Shown: positions 47,256-57,197 of the stretch, piece after piece
How the letters are laid out: every line of letters begins with the position of its first letter
Numbering within the stretch: the first letter of the stretch is position 1
Source: an uncultured Candidatus Saccharibacteria bacterium
GTDB lineage: Bacteria > Patescibacteriota > JABMPQ01 > JAQVVF01
NCBI GenBank assembly: GCA_964574655.1
Contig: CAZNOH010000001.1
Span: 400,247-464,246 of the forward strand
DNA length: 64,000 nt
Direction: 5' to 3'
Translations under genes and position numbers: made by a program
The notes under the pieces: generated by a model
Told to the model about the DNA's origin: nothing
Seen by the model: the letters and a program-made list of their open reading frames with translations, nothing else
Database searches by the model: none

Positions 47256-47953
47256 CCCCTCCCATGGGGAGGGTAGAAGATTTCTACCTTGGCCATGCCA
47301 AGGGTAGCGTGGTTTGAGGTAAGTTCTTTGTTTTTAATGATTTAAGTTGTTTAAGATCAAGTGTTCCTTCATTATCTTCGTCAATATTTATTACATTTCT
47401 AATTAACTCTCGCATTGCATTATCTCCATATTTTTTAGCATAATATCCGTAGCTTGAAAAAGGATTTTCTTTTAGATCTTCAAATCTGCTTACTTCTCTG
47501 TGTTTTAGTAAATTGCCGTTGATATATCCGATAATTTGCCAGTACATTTTTTCGTCTTTAATAAAAAATGTTTTTGTTGTTTGCCAGAAGTTTTTGCATT
47601 TGACTCGGTAAATTTTTTTATATTCTCTAGATATTCCGCTATGTAATATGTTCCTTAGTTGAGACATTGTTTTTCCTGATTTTAAGTAAAGCATAATATG
47701 GAAATGATTCATTGAGATACTGAATGATTGAAAAGGAACGTACAAGACTTCTTTGATTTGTTTGAATTTATTTAGAACAATTTGTTTCTGTTCAGATTCC
47801 TTAAAATACGGATAATGAAGGAAAGTTGAGGTTGTGAGGAAGAAAAAAGAGTTATCTGGCCAAATTATTTTTTGATTTGGCGGAAGTGGTTTTTGCATTG
47901 CTTTTTTGAACTTAACGACCCCTGCCATGGGTAGGGTAGAAGCTAAAGATCTT
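47256..47953 (-). mobile_element. RAYT/IS200-like (Y1 HUH) transposase gene flanked by REP-like GC-rich hairpins
   Basis: Left end: CCCCTCCCATGGGGAGGG, GGTAGAA-gat-TTCTACC and CCTTGG-ccatg-CCAAGG. Right end: CCCCTGCCATGGGTAGGG plus AAGATCTT. Both ends share the block CCATGGG(G/T)AGGGTAGAAG. Confidence 0.55.
47284..47928 (-). CDS. IS200/IS605-family Y1 transposase, REP-associated (RAYT-like)
   Basis: HuH motif NHFHIML. Catalytic-Tyr region GYINGNLLKH resembles IS200 YIHNNPVKAG. Confidence 0.5.
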   Translation of the reverse strand: MAGVVKFKKAMQKPLPPNQKIIWPDNSFFFLTTSTFLHYPYFKESEQKQIVLNKFKQIKEVLYVPFQSFSISMNHFHIMLYLKSGKTMSQLRNILHSGISREYKKIYRVKCKNFWQTTKTFFIKDEKMYWQIIGYINGNLLKHREVSRFEDLKENPFSSYGYYAKKYGDNAMRELIRNVINIDEDNEGTLDLKQLKSLKTKNLPQTTLPLAWPR

Positions 47954-48857
47954 TTTCTTTTTTAATAGGAACAAACAATTTTACAAAATCAACGAGTAAA
48001 GCTAACAGCAAGCTAATTGGATATAAAATCAAAATTATCAAAAAACTGAATATCGAATGAAATTTTTTGAAATAATGCAAAAGTGAATTATTCAAATAAA
48101 CTTGTTTTTTTATTCCTAAAACTTGATTAAAACTTTGAGCTTTGGCATGAATTGTTTGAGCATCTTTGAAATAGTAAATTTTGAAGTTAGCATTTTTTGC
48201 TTGTTTACAATAATCAACTTCTTCAAACCAGATCCAATATTTTTCATCTAGTAGGCCAATTTTGTTTATAACTTTGCGATTAATTAGAAAATACGCGCCC
48301 ATGACTTGATCAACGAATTGGCTTTTTTGGTAATCAAAATCAGTCATGTGATATTTTTTTAAAGTTGTTTGATTTGGGAAGAGATTGTGAAGTTTGAAAA
48401 GTATCAGAATTTGAGATGAAAGAGTCGGAAATGTTCGAATCGATGCTTGAACTGTTTTATCTGGATTTAAAAGTTGACAGCCTAAAATGCCAATGTCTTG
48501 ATGTTCTCGCATATAGTTAACTGTTCTTTGCAAGCAATTATGTTGGACTTCAGTATCTGGATTTAATAATAAGATATACTCGCCTTTCGCTCTTTTTATT
48601 CCTTGATTATTTGCTTTTGCGAATCCTAGATTTTGTTCATTAATAATGACGTGAGCATTTGTAACAGAATCAAAACGATCCAAATATTGATCTTTGGCAA
48701 GCTCATATTTTAGCATATCAGCCGAGCCATCTGATGATGCATTATCAATGACAATAACTTCATAATCAAAACTAGGCGCATTGGACATAATTGATTGAAT
48801 GCATTTGCGCAATAATTCTTTGGTGTTCCAGTTGACGATAATTATGGATAGTAACAT
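47943..48857 (-). CDS. GT2 glycosyltransferase
   Basis: LSIIIVNWNTKELL...VIVIDNASSDGS. Confidence 0.75.
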   Translation of the reverse strand: MLLSIIIVNWNTKELLRKCIQSIMSNAPSFDYEVIVIDNASSDGSADMLKYELAKDQYLDRFDSVTNAHVIINEQNLGFAKANNQGIKRAKGEYILLLNPDTEVQHNCLQRTVNYMREHQDIGILGCQLLNPDKTVQASIRTFPTLSSQILILFKLHNLFPNQTTLKKYHMTDFDYQKSQFVDQVMGAYFLINRKVINKIGLLDEKYWIWFEEVDYCKQAKNANFKIYYFKDAQTIHAKAQSFNQVLGIKKQVYLNNSLLHYFKKFHSIFSFLIILILYPISLLLALLVDFVKLFVPIKKEKDL

Positions 48858-48864
48858 GTTTATT

Positions 48865-50808
48865 TTATTTTAATTCTATATTTTCTATTTTAATCTTTTG
48901 CTTTTTTTCGGTTGGAATCAATTCAAATTGATTGATATCATCAGATGTAAACCAAGCTGGGCATTTTGTTAAATCAATTTTGTATTCATTATCCCCTGCT
49001 TTAATAGGCAGCAAAATATTATTTTTATTTTTATCAAGAGTGTTGTTATTTGTTGACCAAAAGAAATTGGCAATAGAATTTTTTTCAGCTGTCATTTTGA
49101 AGTTGATTTCATCTATTATTTGGGGTGGAAAATTTACTTTTGAGCTCCCTGGATTTGTTGGACTTGTGTTGGCGAGAGGATGTTGAGTTTCAGCCCAGCC
49201 TTTATAAATTGATTTTTCATCATCAATTATTTGAATAACAGTATTAAACTGTTGCTTTATTGTTTTTTTGTTTTCTTGTTTTCTTGCGATGTCTTGTTGT
49301 TCGATGAATCTGTTCTGTTGGTCATTCCAGTTAAAAACTTGAATGCCAGTTGTTTGAGGGTTTTTTTTGTAGTTGCAAAGTGATGTTATTGCATCTTTGT
49401 TTCCTTTGACAACCCAAACTATTTTTTCTTTTGGATTAACAAATATTTTTTTATTATTAAATTTAATTCTTAAAGCTTCTGGAAATCCATTTCGATATAC
49501 AAAAGCGCCGTAAATATTGTCTGGCAGATTTTTGAAAAAGAGTTCTTTATCATAGGTTGCATAACTAATTTTAGAAAATTCTGGATGTAATTGTTGAATA
49601 TCATCCAGAATAATTTTTGCTTTGGCTTGGGCTTTGTGCCATGGCATATAGTTAAAGAAAAATCCGATGCTGAAAGTTAGACAAATTATTGACGCAAAAG
49701 CGATTTTAATTTTTTTCTTGTTGTTTAAATCATTAAAAATCAAATAAGAAATTAAAATAGCAATCGGAATTGAGGCAATAAATAAGACTCGAGTATTCAT
49801 TAAATTTAGTTTCAAGGCTGGTAGTATGGAAAAGTTTGGAATTGAAACAAAATAAATTATGAAAACTAGGAAAACAATGTTTTTCCAAAAATTTAGATCT
49901 TTAAGTCTTTTTAAATTTAATAAAAATACAGAAATTAAAAAGATAAACATTCCAGATAAAGCAACTAGATTGGCTGAAAAATTGCTGGCTAATTTTGGAA
50001 TAAATGATCCTAAATATTCAAAATTAAATAAATATTTAACAAAGTAAAATGGTAGCAGAATTGCTTTGGGCGAAAATTGTGTTGAAGATACTTCTCCAAA
50101 TAATCTATAACCTCCAATCCAACTGCCTACTATTTGTTTTCTGATTACAAAATAAATTATTAGCAAAACAAGATATGGAAGCCATAATAAAAATATTTTT
50201 TTAAAACTTAGTTTTGATTCTTTTCTTAAATAAAAAAGATAAATTAATGCAAGAACAAATGGCAAGGTCATGGAGATTTCTTTGCTGAAAAAAGCAGGAA
50301 TTGCTGATAAATAGGATAAAATGAGCCATGAACTTTTTTGTGTTAAAGAATATTTGATGAATAAATAGATAGTCAGTAAATAAAAAAAGCAAGCAAGAAG
50401 ATCAGTTCGACCGCCAATCCAAACCGTTGTTTCAAAATGATTTGGAATGACGATAAAAATCAAGCTGGCGAAAAAAGCCATTAAGTTATTTTTTGATATT
50501 TTTTTGACGATTGCGTAGATTAAAAGTGCGGATGATATAAATAGTAGTAAGCTAGTGAAGTGAAAACCTGTTGGATGGTAATGATAAATTAAATAATCAA
50601 TAACAATTGATAAATTCATGACTGGTCGGTACATATCGCCTGGAATTTTGAAGATGCCTGGAATCATTTCGACATTATCAACTGATCTGGCGAACATTAA
50701 GTGATCATAATCGTCTGACAAGAAATTGTCATTTAAACTTGGAAAATAAAAAAGAAACGCTATCGCGATGATGATAATTGGAAATATAAATTTTTTAAAT
50801 TGGTTCAT
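48865..50808 (-). CDS. GT-C fold membrane glycosyltransferase (ArnT/PMT/GT39-83-like)
   Basis: More than 10 TM helices. N-terminal loop motif SDDYDHLMFAR. Soluble C-terminal domain. Confidence 0.5.
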   Translation of the reverse strand: MNQFKKFIFPIIIIAIAFLFYFPSLNDNFLSDDYDHLMFARSVDNVEMIPGIFKIPGDMYRPVMNLSIVIDYLIYHYHPTGFHFTSLLLFISSALLIYAIVKKISKNNLMAFFASLIFIVIPNHFETTVWIGGRTDLLACFFYLLTIYLFIKYSLTQKSSWLILSYLSAIPAFFSKEISMTLPFVLALIYLFYLRKESKLSFKKIFLLWLPYLVLLIIYFVIRKQIVGSWIGGYRLFGEVSSTQFSPKAILLPFYFVKYLFNFEYLGSFIPKLASNFSANLVALSGMFIFLISVFLLNLKRLKDLNFWKNIVFLVFIIYFVSIPNFSILPALKLNLMNTRVLFIASIPIAILISYLIFNDLNNKKKIKIAFASIICLTFSIGFFFNYMPWHKAQAKAKIILDDIQQLHPEFSKISYATYDKELFFKNLPDNIYGAFVYRNGFPEALRIKFNNKKIFVNPKEKIVWVVKGNKDAITSLCNYKKNPQTTGIQVFNWNDQQNRFIEQQDIARKQENKKTIKQQFNTVIQIIDDEKSIYKGWAETQHPLANTSPTNPGSSKVNFPPQIIDEINFKMTAEKNSIANFFWSTNNNTLDKNKNNILLPIKAGDNEYKIDLTKCPAWFTSDDINQFELIPTEKKQKIKIENIELK

Positions 50809-50938
50809 TGTTTGATTGCTAATTTGTTCATAATTTCTACCTGCCTTTAGGCAAGGGGATTAAAAATTTTGCAATCCAAAATTTTTAATGAACTTTAGTT
50901 CTGGAGTCGACTAAAGCTAAAGCATTACGACCCTTCGG

Positions 50939-52111
50939 CTAAAGCCGAGTAGAAACTAGCTCAAGCATCTGATTAACTCTGTTCTTCCAGTTTTCATTTT
51001 GAACTGATTCTTTTCTTTTGATTTCTAGCTCTCTATTATTCTCCTTCAAAGCTTGATTAATTTTTTCGTTGAATTCCTCCTTTGTTTTGGCGGTATAGAT
51101 AAGTTCCTGAAATTTTTCAATTCCTGCAATTTGAGTGGTGACAATTGGCTTTCCACAAGCTAGATATTCATACAATTTTAAAGGATTCATTGATTTTGTA
51201 TACTTATCAATTTTGTGAGGAATAATGCTGACATCAAATTCATTCATATAATAAGGAAGTTCTAAATATGATTTTCGGCCAAGAAAATGCACATTGTCTT
51301 GTGATTTTAATTCATTGACTTCAGTATTTTTCCAGACTGGACCAATTAAGACAATCGATTTTTCAGGATTTTTTAGGCTTAAATATTTTATTAATTCTAT
51401 ATCAAGCCTTTTTTCAATTGTGCCGACATAGCCAATGATTGGATGTCCGACGTGAATTATTTTCTTGTCTGCTTTTTTTTCAAAATGATTAATGTCTACG
51501 CCATTCGGTATCCATGTTTTGTTTTTGGTATCTGGAAAAAGATTTAATAAATCTTTTGAAACTGTAAAGATGTAATCTGCTTTTTTGGAAATTATATCGT
51601 AATTATTTTTAAGTCTTTCTGTATAATTAACAAAATTAGGATGTTCCATCCAATTATCAACAGTATCAAAAATATTTATTGTTTTAGATACTGAAAAATT
51701 TTTGAAATAATCGAAATAACCAGAAAACATTGGAAAATATGACCAAATTAAAATTGGATATTTTTCTTTAAAAATGTTTTTCTTTTTGATTATTTTATTT
51801 ATTTTTTTATAGACTTTTTGTTCACTAAATATCGAGTCAATCGTTGAGTAAGCGTAAATTTTGTCGCTGTATTCTACTAATTTTGAAGTTAAGTCCATGT
51901 AGATTCTTTTGCCTCCATTTGATTTTAGAATTGATTGCGTGTAAATTCGCAAAGCTCTTTTTTTTGTGTAGGGTAAAAAATCAACAGCAAATATTTTGTT
52001 GATTTGATCCTTCTCCGATAAATTGTGCAAAATGTGATAATTTCTATTAACAATGCCAGATTTCCATTCTCGGAATTCTGACATGTTGAACATTATTACA
52101 TTATATTTCAT
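50939..52111 (-). CDS. GT1/GT4-like glycosyltransferase
   Basis: The C-terminal half, YEYLACGKPIVTT, fits a GT-B nucleotide-sugar-binding domain. Confidence 0.6.
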   Translation of the reverse strand: MKYNVIMFNMSEFREWKSGIVNRNYHILHNLSEKDQINKIFAVDFLPYTKKRALRIYTQSILKSNGGKRIYMDLTSKLVEYSDKIYAYSTIDSIFSEQKVYKKINKIIKKKNIFKEKYPILIWSYFPMFSGYFDYFKNFSVSKTINIFDTVDNWMEHPNFVNYTERLKNNYDIISKKADYIFTVSKDLLNLFPDTKNKTWIPNGVDINHFEKKADKKIIHVGHPIIGYVGTIEKRLDIELIKYLSLKNPEKSIVLIGPVWKNTEVNELKSQDNVHFLGRKSYLELPYYMNEFDVSIIPHKIDKYTKSMNPLKLYEYLACGKPIVTTQIAGIEKFQELIYTAKTKEEFNEKINQALKENNRELEIKRKESVQNENWKNRVNQMLELVSTRL

Positions 52112-52115
52112 AAAT

Positions 52116-52156
52116 ATCGCTAATCATTTGCTAATTTTTGCAAATTATTTGCTAAT
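52116..52156. promoter_or_regulatory. Phased array of four TTTGCTAAT/TTTGCAAAT motifs filling the NHL-GT1 intergenic region
   Basis: atcgctaat, tttgctaat, tttgcaaat, tttgctaat at about 10-bp period. Same family and same ATCGCTAAT leading unit as the array at 7385. Confidence 0.55.
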
Positions 52157-52163
52157 AAAAATA

Positions 52164-54446
52164 TTATTCTATAATAAATGCGGCTTTTTTGACATATTCT
52201 TGACCGTCAATATTTACAACTTTGACATCATAGGTTCCGCCTGGCATTTTACCAAATGGAATTACAGCTGTTAATGCATTGGGGTTTTTAAAATATGTTT
52301 TGTTAGCTTTATAATTTCCAAAATAAACAGTTGCTGCTGACATAAAATTATAGCCAGTTATATCAAGAAATTTTGTTTCATTCGGATTGCCTGAATATGG
52401 ATAGTGATTTGTTGGTAAAACTCCAGTGACAATTGGTGCTTTTTCGTAAAATTTATGAGAGCCAGTAATATCTACTTTTCTAATTAGATCATTCCAAGTA
52501 TCGGCGACAAGGAGTCTGCCTTTTTTATGATCTGGAAGAATTCCTGAGGGATTATTGAATTCAGTATGATATCTGTCGCCATTTTGAAAACCTCTGGTAT
52601 CTGTGCCAGTAATTGTTTTTACTAAGCCATTATTAGGATTGATAACTCTGATAGTATGAGTGCCTGCTTCGGAGGTATACAAAAAATTGTCATTGTCCAT
52701 TATCACAAAATTAGGCGTAGAAAAAGATGCATCATCGCCATAGCCATCACGATAGCCACGGACATCATTGCCAGCAAAAGTCGTTACTTTTTTGGTGCGT
52801 ATATCAATTTCTCTAATTCGATTGTTGTAGGAATCAGCAACATATAATTTAGTGCCTGTTTTGTTGATTGTAAGACCATACGGACGGCTAAATTTTGCTT
52901 TATTTCCTGTGCCATCTGCAAATCCTGTCTGGCCTGATCCAGCAATTAAAGATGTTTTTCCAGTAGAGATTTTTATTTTGCGAATTCTTTCATTTGCTGT
53001 ATCTGCGACATAAAGATATTTTTGATTTGGGGAAATTGCGAGACCTAATGGATTGCTGAAGTGGGCTGATTTTTTTGTGCCTTCTTTATAACCATTGCAA
53101 GAACGGCCTGTACAATTAGTTCTGCCTCCGCCAGAAACAAGCTCTGTTTGCAAGGTATCTAGATCTAAGCGTCTGATTTTGTTATTCCATTGATCTGAAA
53201 GAAATATTGTCTGTCCATCTTTGGATAAGACAAGAGAGCCAATATGACTAAAACGCGCGACTGCACCAATTCCTTCTACATATGAATCGACAACATCGCC
53301 AGTAACCAGACTTGTTTTTCTAGTGGCAACTTTTATTTTTCTAATTAAATTGTTTTCTGCTAAATAGATTGATTTTTTGTTTTTAGAATAAATAGGATAA
53401 GTTGGCCAGCCGACTAGAGATTTTTTTTTGCTTCCGAAATCATTTTGAAATCTTTTTTTGCCGGCAACAAGTTCACCCTTGTCTCTAATAATGCCAGTAT
53501 ATCGATTAAAGCGATAGATATTTCCCAGCCCCATATTGCAGATATAGACATGATTATTTTTTATATCAATACCTTTTGGATAATTAATACCAATCATATC
53601 GGAATCCCAGGCAACAAGACTAGTTTCTTTTGTTGCTAAATCTATTTTTCTGACACGGTCGGTATAGCCATTCCCGTCTGTCACAAAAAGTGCATTTTGC
53701 CCTTCGTCAATTACTACGCCAGCTGAATTTTGAAAAACTGCGTTTGCGCCAATACCTTCTTTGTAGCCACTCTTGCCACTTCCAGCAATTAATTCAATAT
53801 TTCCGTTGCTAATAGTTATTTTGAATATCTTGTGGGCTTTGTAGTCTGCTACATATAGATATTGTCCTGAAGAATCAACTTTTAATTTTTCTGGCTCAAT
53901 CAGACCAAGGCCTTTCTGAATTGTTGTGACTTTACCGCCATTAATGGACACTTTTTTTATTGCGCCATTTAGGCTATCTGAAATGTATACAGTTGAGCCA
54001 TAAATAGCTACGCCTTTTGGAAAATTCAAGTCTTCGTCAACAATTGTAGTAACTCGATTGCCAGATATTTTTCTGATTTTTTGATTCCAAGTATCAGCAA
54101 CAATTATCGTTGATCCAGATACAGCCAAGCCACGAGGTTGACCAAATTTTGCTGAAGAAGCATCACCATCTCGATAGCCATACGATCCTGTTCCAGCAAC
54201 AGTTGATGTGATGTTATTAGTATTAACTTTGCGAATTACGTTATTATAAGTGTCAGCAATAAACATATTGCCTTGATCATCAAACATGACGTCTTCAGGA
54301 AAATCAAAATAAGCGCCTAAAGGATTGCCTCCATCTCCCGCATAGATTCTGCTGAGCCAAGTCGTTACATCTCCATAGGATGCATTGCAATTTTGGATAG
54401 TAAATAATGCCAAGATAATTGTTACGACAATGATTACTTTTTTCAT
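52164..54446 (-). CDS. Secreted NHL-repeat beta-propeller protein with a C-terminal IPT/TIG-like domain
   Basis: Signal peptide. Repeated YNNVIRKV, WNQKIRKI, NNKIRRL, ANERIRKI, YNNRIREI NHL signatures. Confidence 0.7.
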   Translation of the reverse strand: MKKVIIVVTIILALFTIQNCNASYGDVTTWLSRIYAGDGGNPLGAYFDFPEDVMFDDQGNMFIADTYNNVIRKVNTNNITSTVAGTGSYGYRDGDASSAKFGQPRGLAVSGSTIIVADTWNQKIRKISGNRVTTIVDEDLNFPKGVAIYGSTVYISDSLNGAIKKVSINGGKVTTIQKGLGLIEPEKLKVDSSGQYLYVADYKAHKIFKITISNGNIELIAGSGKSGYKEGIGANAVFQNSAGVVIDEGQNALFVTDGNGYTDRVRKIDLATKETSLVAWDSDMIGINYPKGIDIKNNHVYICNMGLGNIYRFNRYTGIIRDKGELVAGKKRFQNDFGSKKKSLVGWPTYPIYSKNKKSIYLAENNLIRKIKVATRKTSLVTGDVVDSYVEGIGAVARFSHIGSLVLSKDGQTIFLSDQWNNKIRRLDLDTLQTELVSGGGRTNCTGRSCNGYKEGTKKSAHFSNPLGLAISPNQKYLYVADTANERIRKIKISTGKTSLIAGSGQTGFADGTGNKAKFSRPYGLTINKTGTKLYVADSYNNRIREIDIRTKKVTTFAGNDVRGYRDGYGDDASFSTPNFVIMDNDNFLYTSEAGTHTIRVINPNNGLVKTITGTDTRGFQNGDRYHTEFNNPSGILPDHKKGRLLVADTWNDLIRKVDITGSHKFYEKAPIVTGVLPTNHYPYSGNPNETKFLDITGYNFMSAATVYFGNYKANKTYFKNPNALTAVIPFGKMPGGTYDVKVVNIDGQEYVKKAAFIIE

Positions 54447-54531
54447 TTTGTTTTAATTAAATTGATTTTATAATTTATATTAACATATTTTTGAAATTCA
54501 CAAAATCTTATTTTGGTGTTATTATATTGAT

Positions 54532-55995
54532 ATGTTAGATCAATTTAAAAGACTATTTAAACATTCTTTTATTTATGCAATTGGATCTTTAGCCCAAGGA
54601 ATTGTTGGGTTTATTTTGATTCCAATGTATACGAGGTATTTATCCCCTGCTGACTATGGCCAGTTGGAGATTTTGAATACTTTGATTTTAATTTTATCAA
54701 TGCTTTTGTCTTTTGGGTTTGCTTCAGCTCTTTTTAAATGTTATGAGCGAGACTGCAAGACAGATATCGAGCAAAAACAATTGGTTGGTACGGCATTTTT
54801 ATTTATAATTCCGCTTGCAACTTTATCAACATTAATTTTGTGGTTTTTTAGAGATTTTTTGGCAAATGCTTTCTTAGGTGGCACCCAATATGCTGATTTA
54901 GTTAATTTGTTATTAATAACAAATTTATTTGCTGTTTTTTTAGCGCTCGCTTTTTCTGTTTTTCGCGCCGAAGAAAAATCTGTAAAATATATTATTTTTT
55001 CTTTATTAAAATTTTCATTAGTTTTGGGTCTTAATATTTATTTTGTTGCGTATGCAGAAATGGGTGTTTTCGGCATAATGCTTGGAAATTTTATTGCCCA
55101 AGTTTTTATTAGTGTGCCTTTTATTTTTAATTTGATTCCGTATTTTAAATTAAGTTTTTCTAGAGATTTATTGAGAAAATTGTTTGCGTTTGGAATTCCA
55201 ATCATTCCGGCATCTTTAGCAATGTGGGTCATGGATTTGTCTGATAGATATTTTTTGAAAGTTTATGATTCTTTGACGGAAGTTGGTCTTTATTCTCTTG
55301 GCTATAAAATTGGCTTTATCGTCTCAATTTTGCTTGTTATTCCTTTTCAATTAGCTTGGCCGACTATTTCTTTTTCTGTAGCTAAAAGAAATGATACTAA
55401 GCAAATTTATGCTAGGACTTTGACTTATTGGTTGTTATTATCAAGCTTCGTAGCATTAGCTATTTCGATTTTTGCTAAACAAATTGTGGAAGTGGTCTCA
55501 TCTCCGGAATATTTTGAAGCTTATAGAATTATTCCATTGATCTGTTTTTCTTATGTTTTGTATGGAATGCATTTCGTTATTGTTCCTGGGTTGCATTTGG
55601 AAGAAAAAACAAAATATTATCCCTTGCTTGTTGGCATTCCAGCTGTTTTGAATATAGTTTTGAATATTATTTTTATTCCAAAATATGGAATGATGGCTGC
55701 TGCTTGGTCAACTTTTGTTTGTTTTGTATTAATGGTTGTCTTGACTTATCTGGTTTCAAATTATTATTATAAGGTTGTTTATGAATGGTCAAGAATAATT
55801 AAATTGGTTTTGATTAGTGGCTGTTTACTAGCATTAAGTTATTTATTTCAGAATTTTGAATTTTATACTTCAATATTATTGAATCTTGGTTTATTGTTGC
55901 TGTTCTTTATTTTGCTTTTTGCGACTGGATTTTTCAGAAATGGCGAGCTGAGTCAACTCAAAGTTTTGTTTAGCAAAAAGCAAGGCTTAAAGTGA
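54532..55995 (+). CDS. Polysaccharide biosynthesis flippase (Wzx / MOP superfamily)
   Basis: 487 aa. About 14 TM helices. Typical Wzx N-terminus. Confidence 0.65.
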   Translation: MLDQFKRLFKHSFIYAIGSLAQGIVGFILIPMYTRYLSPADYGQLEILNTLILILSMLLSFGFASALFKCYERDCKTDIEQKQLVGTAFLFIIPLATLSTLILWFFRDFLANAFLGGTQYADLVNLLLITNLFAVFLALAFSVFRAEEKSVKYIIFSLLKFSLVLGLNIYFVAYAEMGVFGIMLGNFIAQVFISVPFIFNLIPYFKLSFSRDLLRKLFAFGIPIIPASLAMWVMDLSDRYFLKVYDSLTEVGLYSLGYKIGFIVSILLVIPFQLAWPTISFSVAKRNDTKQIYARTLTYWLLLSSFVALAISIFAKQIVEVVSSPEYFEAYRIIPLICFSYVLYGMHFVIVPGLHLEEKTKYYPLLVGIPAVLNIVLNIIFIPKYGMMAAAWSTFVCFVLMVVLTYLVSNYYYKVVYEWSRIIKLVLISGCLLALSYLFQNFEFYTSILLNLGLLLLFFILLFATGFFRNGELSQLKVLFSKKQGLK

Positions 55996-56084
55996 TATTT
56001 CAGAGAAATAATATTAATTCTTAGGATTCCTTAAGGATTGATTTTTTTTTATTATAGAGTAAAATATAAGATAGTATATGAAAT

Positions 56085-56129
56085 AAGCGCTGATTTTACG
56101 CTGATTTCTAACGCTGATATAACGCTGAG
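56085..56129 (+). repeat. ACGCTGAT x4 array, copy 5
   Basis: aagcgctgatttt acgctgatttcta acgctgatata acgctgag. It ends 18 nt before the GT2 start codon. Confidence 0.9.
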
Positions 56130-56147
56130 ATTAGACTAAAAAATTTT

Positions 56148-57092
56148 ATGAAGCTAATAATAACAATTCCTGCATATAATGAGGAAGCAAATATAGCTGA
56201 GGTAATTAGAGAAATTCCTAGGCAGATTTTTGGTATAAAAAAGGTAGAAGTATTAGTCTTGGATGATGGATCTGTTGATAATACAGCAACAAAAGCAAAG
56301 GAAGCTGGAGCTGATTATGTAATTTCTCATAAAAAAAACAAGGGGTTGGCAATCAGTTTTAAAGATGCTGTAACCTCCGCTCTTTGGTTTGGCGCTGACA
56401 TTATTGTAAACACGGATGCTGATAATCATTATGATCAGTCAAGAATTCCAGACTTGATTGATCCGATATTGAAAAATAAGGCTGATATTGTTATTGCTAA
56501 CAGATGTGTTAGAGACTTAGATTTCATGCCAAAATTTAATAAATATGGAAATATGTTTGGCAATTATGTTGTTTATAAAATCGTTGATTTGCCGAGAAAA
56601 TATGATGTGTCCTCTGGATTCAGAGCGTATACAAAAGAGGCTGCGATGAAAATAAATATTTTGTCAAAGCATACTTATACTCATGAATCGATTATACAAG
56701 CCTTAGATCATGACCTGCTGATTGCAGAAGTGCCAATTCGTGCTCGAAAAGTAAACAGAAAATCAAGATTGATCAAGAGCATTCCTTCTCATATTGCAAA
56801 ATCGTTGATGGTTATTGTTAGGACTTTTACAATCTATAAGCCGTTGAGAGTAATGAGTATATTGGGCTCTGTTTTGTTTGGCACTGGCTTGCTGTTTGTT
56901 GTTAGATTTTTATATTATTTTTTGAACAGCAATGGCCAAGGACATATTCAATCTTTAATTCTAGCTGGCGCTTTGATGATGATTGGTTTTCAAGTCTTAG
57001 TAATCGGTCTTTTAGGTTCGGCTATTGGCTGGAATAGAAAGCTTTTAGAGGAAATATTATACAAGATAAAACGAATGGAGTTTAGAAAATAG
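56148..57092 (+). CDS. GT2 polyprenol-phosphate glycosyltransferase (GtrB/ArnC/DPM-like, C-terminal TM pair)
   Basis: ITIPAYNEEANI...VLDDGSVDNT. Two C-terminal TM helices. Confidence 0.75.
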   Translation: MKLIITIPAYNEEANIAEVIREIPRQIFGIKKVEVLVLDDGSVDNTATKAKEAGADYVISHKKNKGLAISFKDAVTSALWFGADIIVNTDADNHYDQSRIPDLIDPILKNKADIVIANRCVRDLDFMPKFNKYGNMFGNYVVYKIVDLPRKYDVSSGFRAYTKEAAMKINILSKHTYTHESIIQALDHDLLIAEVPIRARKVNRKSRLIKSIPSHIAKSLMVIVRTFTIYKPLRVMSILGSVLFGTGLLFVVRFLYYFLNSNGQGHIQSLILAGALMMIGFQVLVIGLLGSAIGWNRKLLEEILYKIKRMEFRK

Positions 57093-57197
57093 GAGCGGGT
57101 AGATAAGATGCTAAATGTTAAATTGTTCAATTGTTAAATTGTTAGGCGTTGAAAATCGTTTAACAATTGAGCATTTAGCAATTGAGCAATTAAAGCT

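Noticed and set aside
56045-56070. TCCTTAAGGA palindrome plus T9 after the flippase gene, as a terminator
   Set aside because: The 10-bp self-complementary site has no loop and would form only a very short hairpin. Evidence for an intrinsic terminator is weak.
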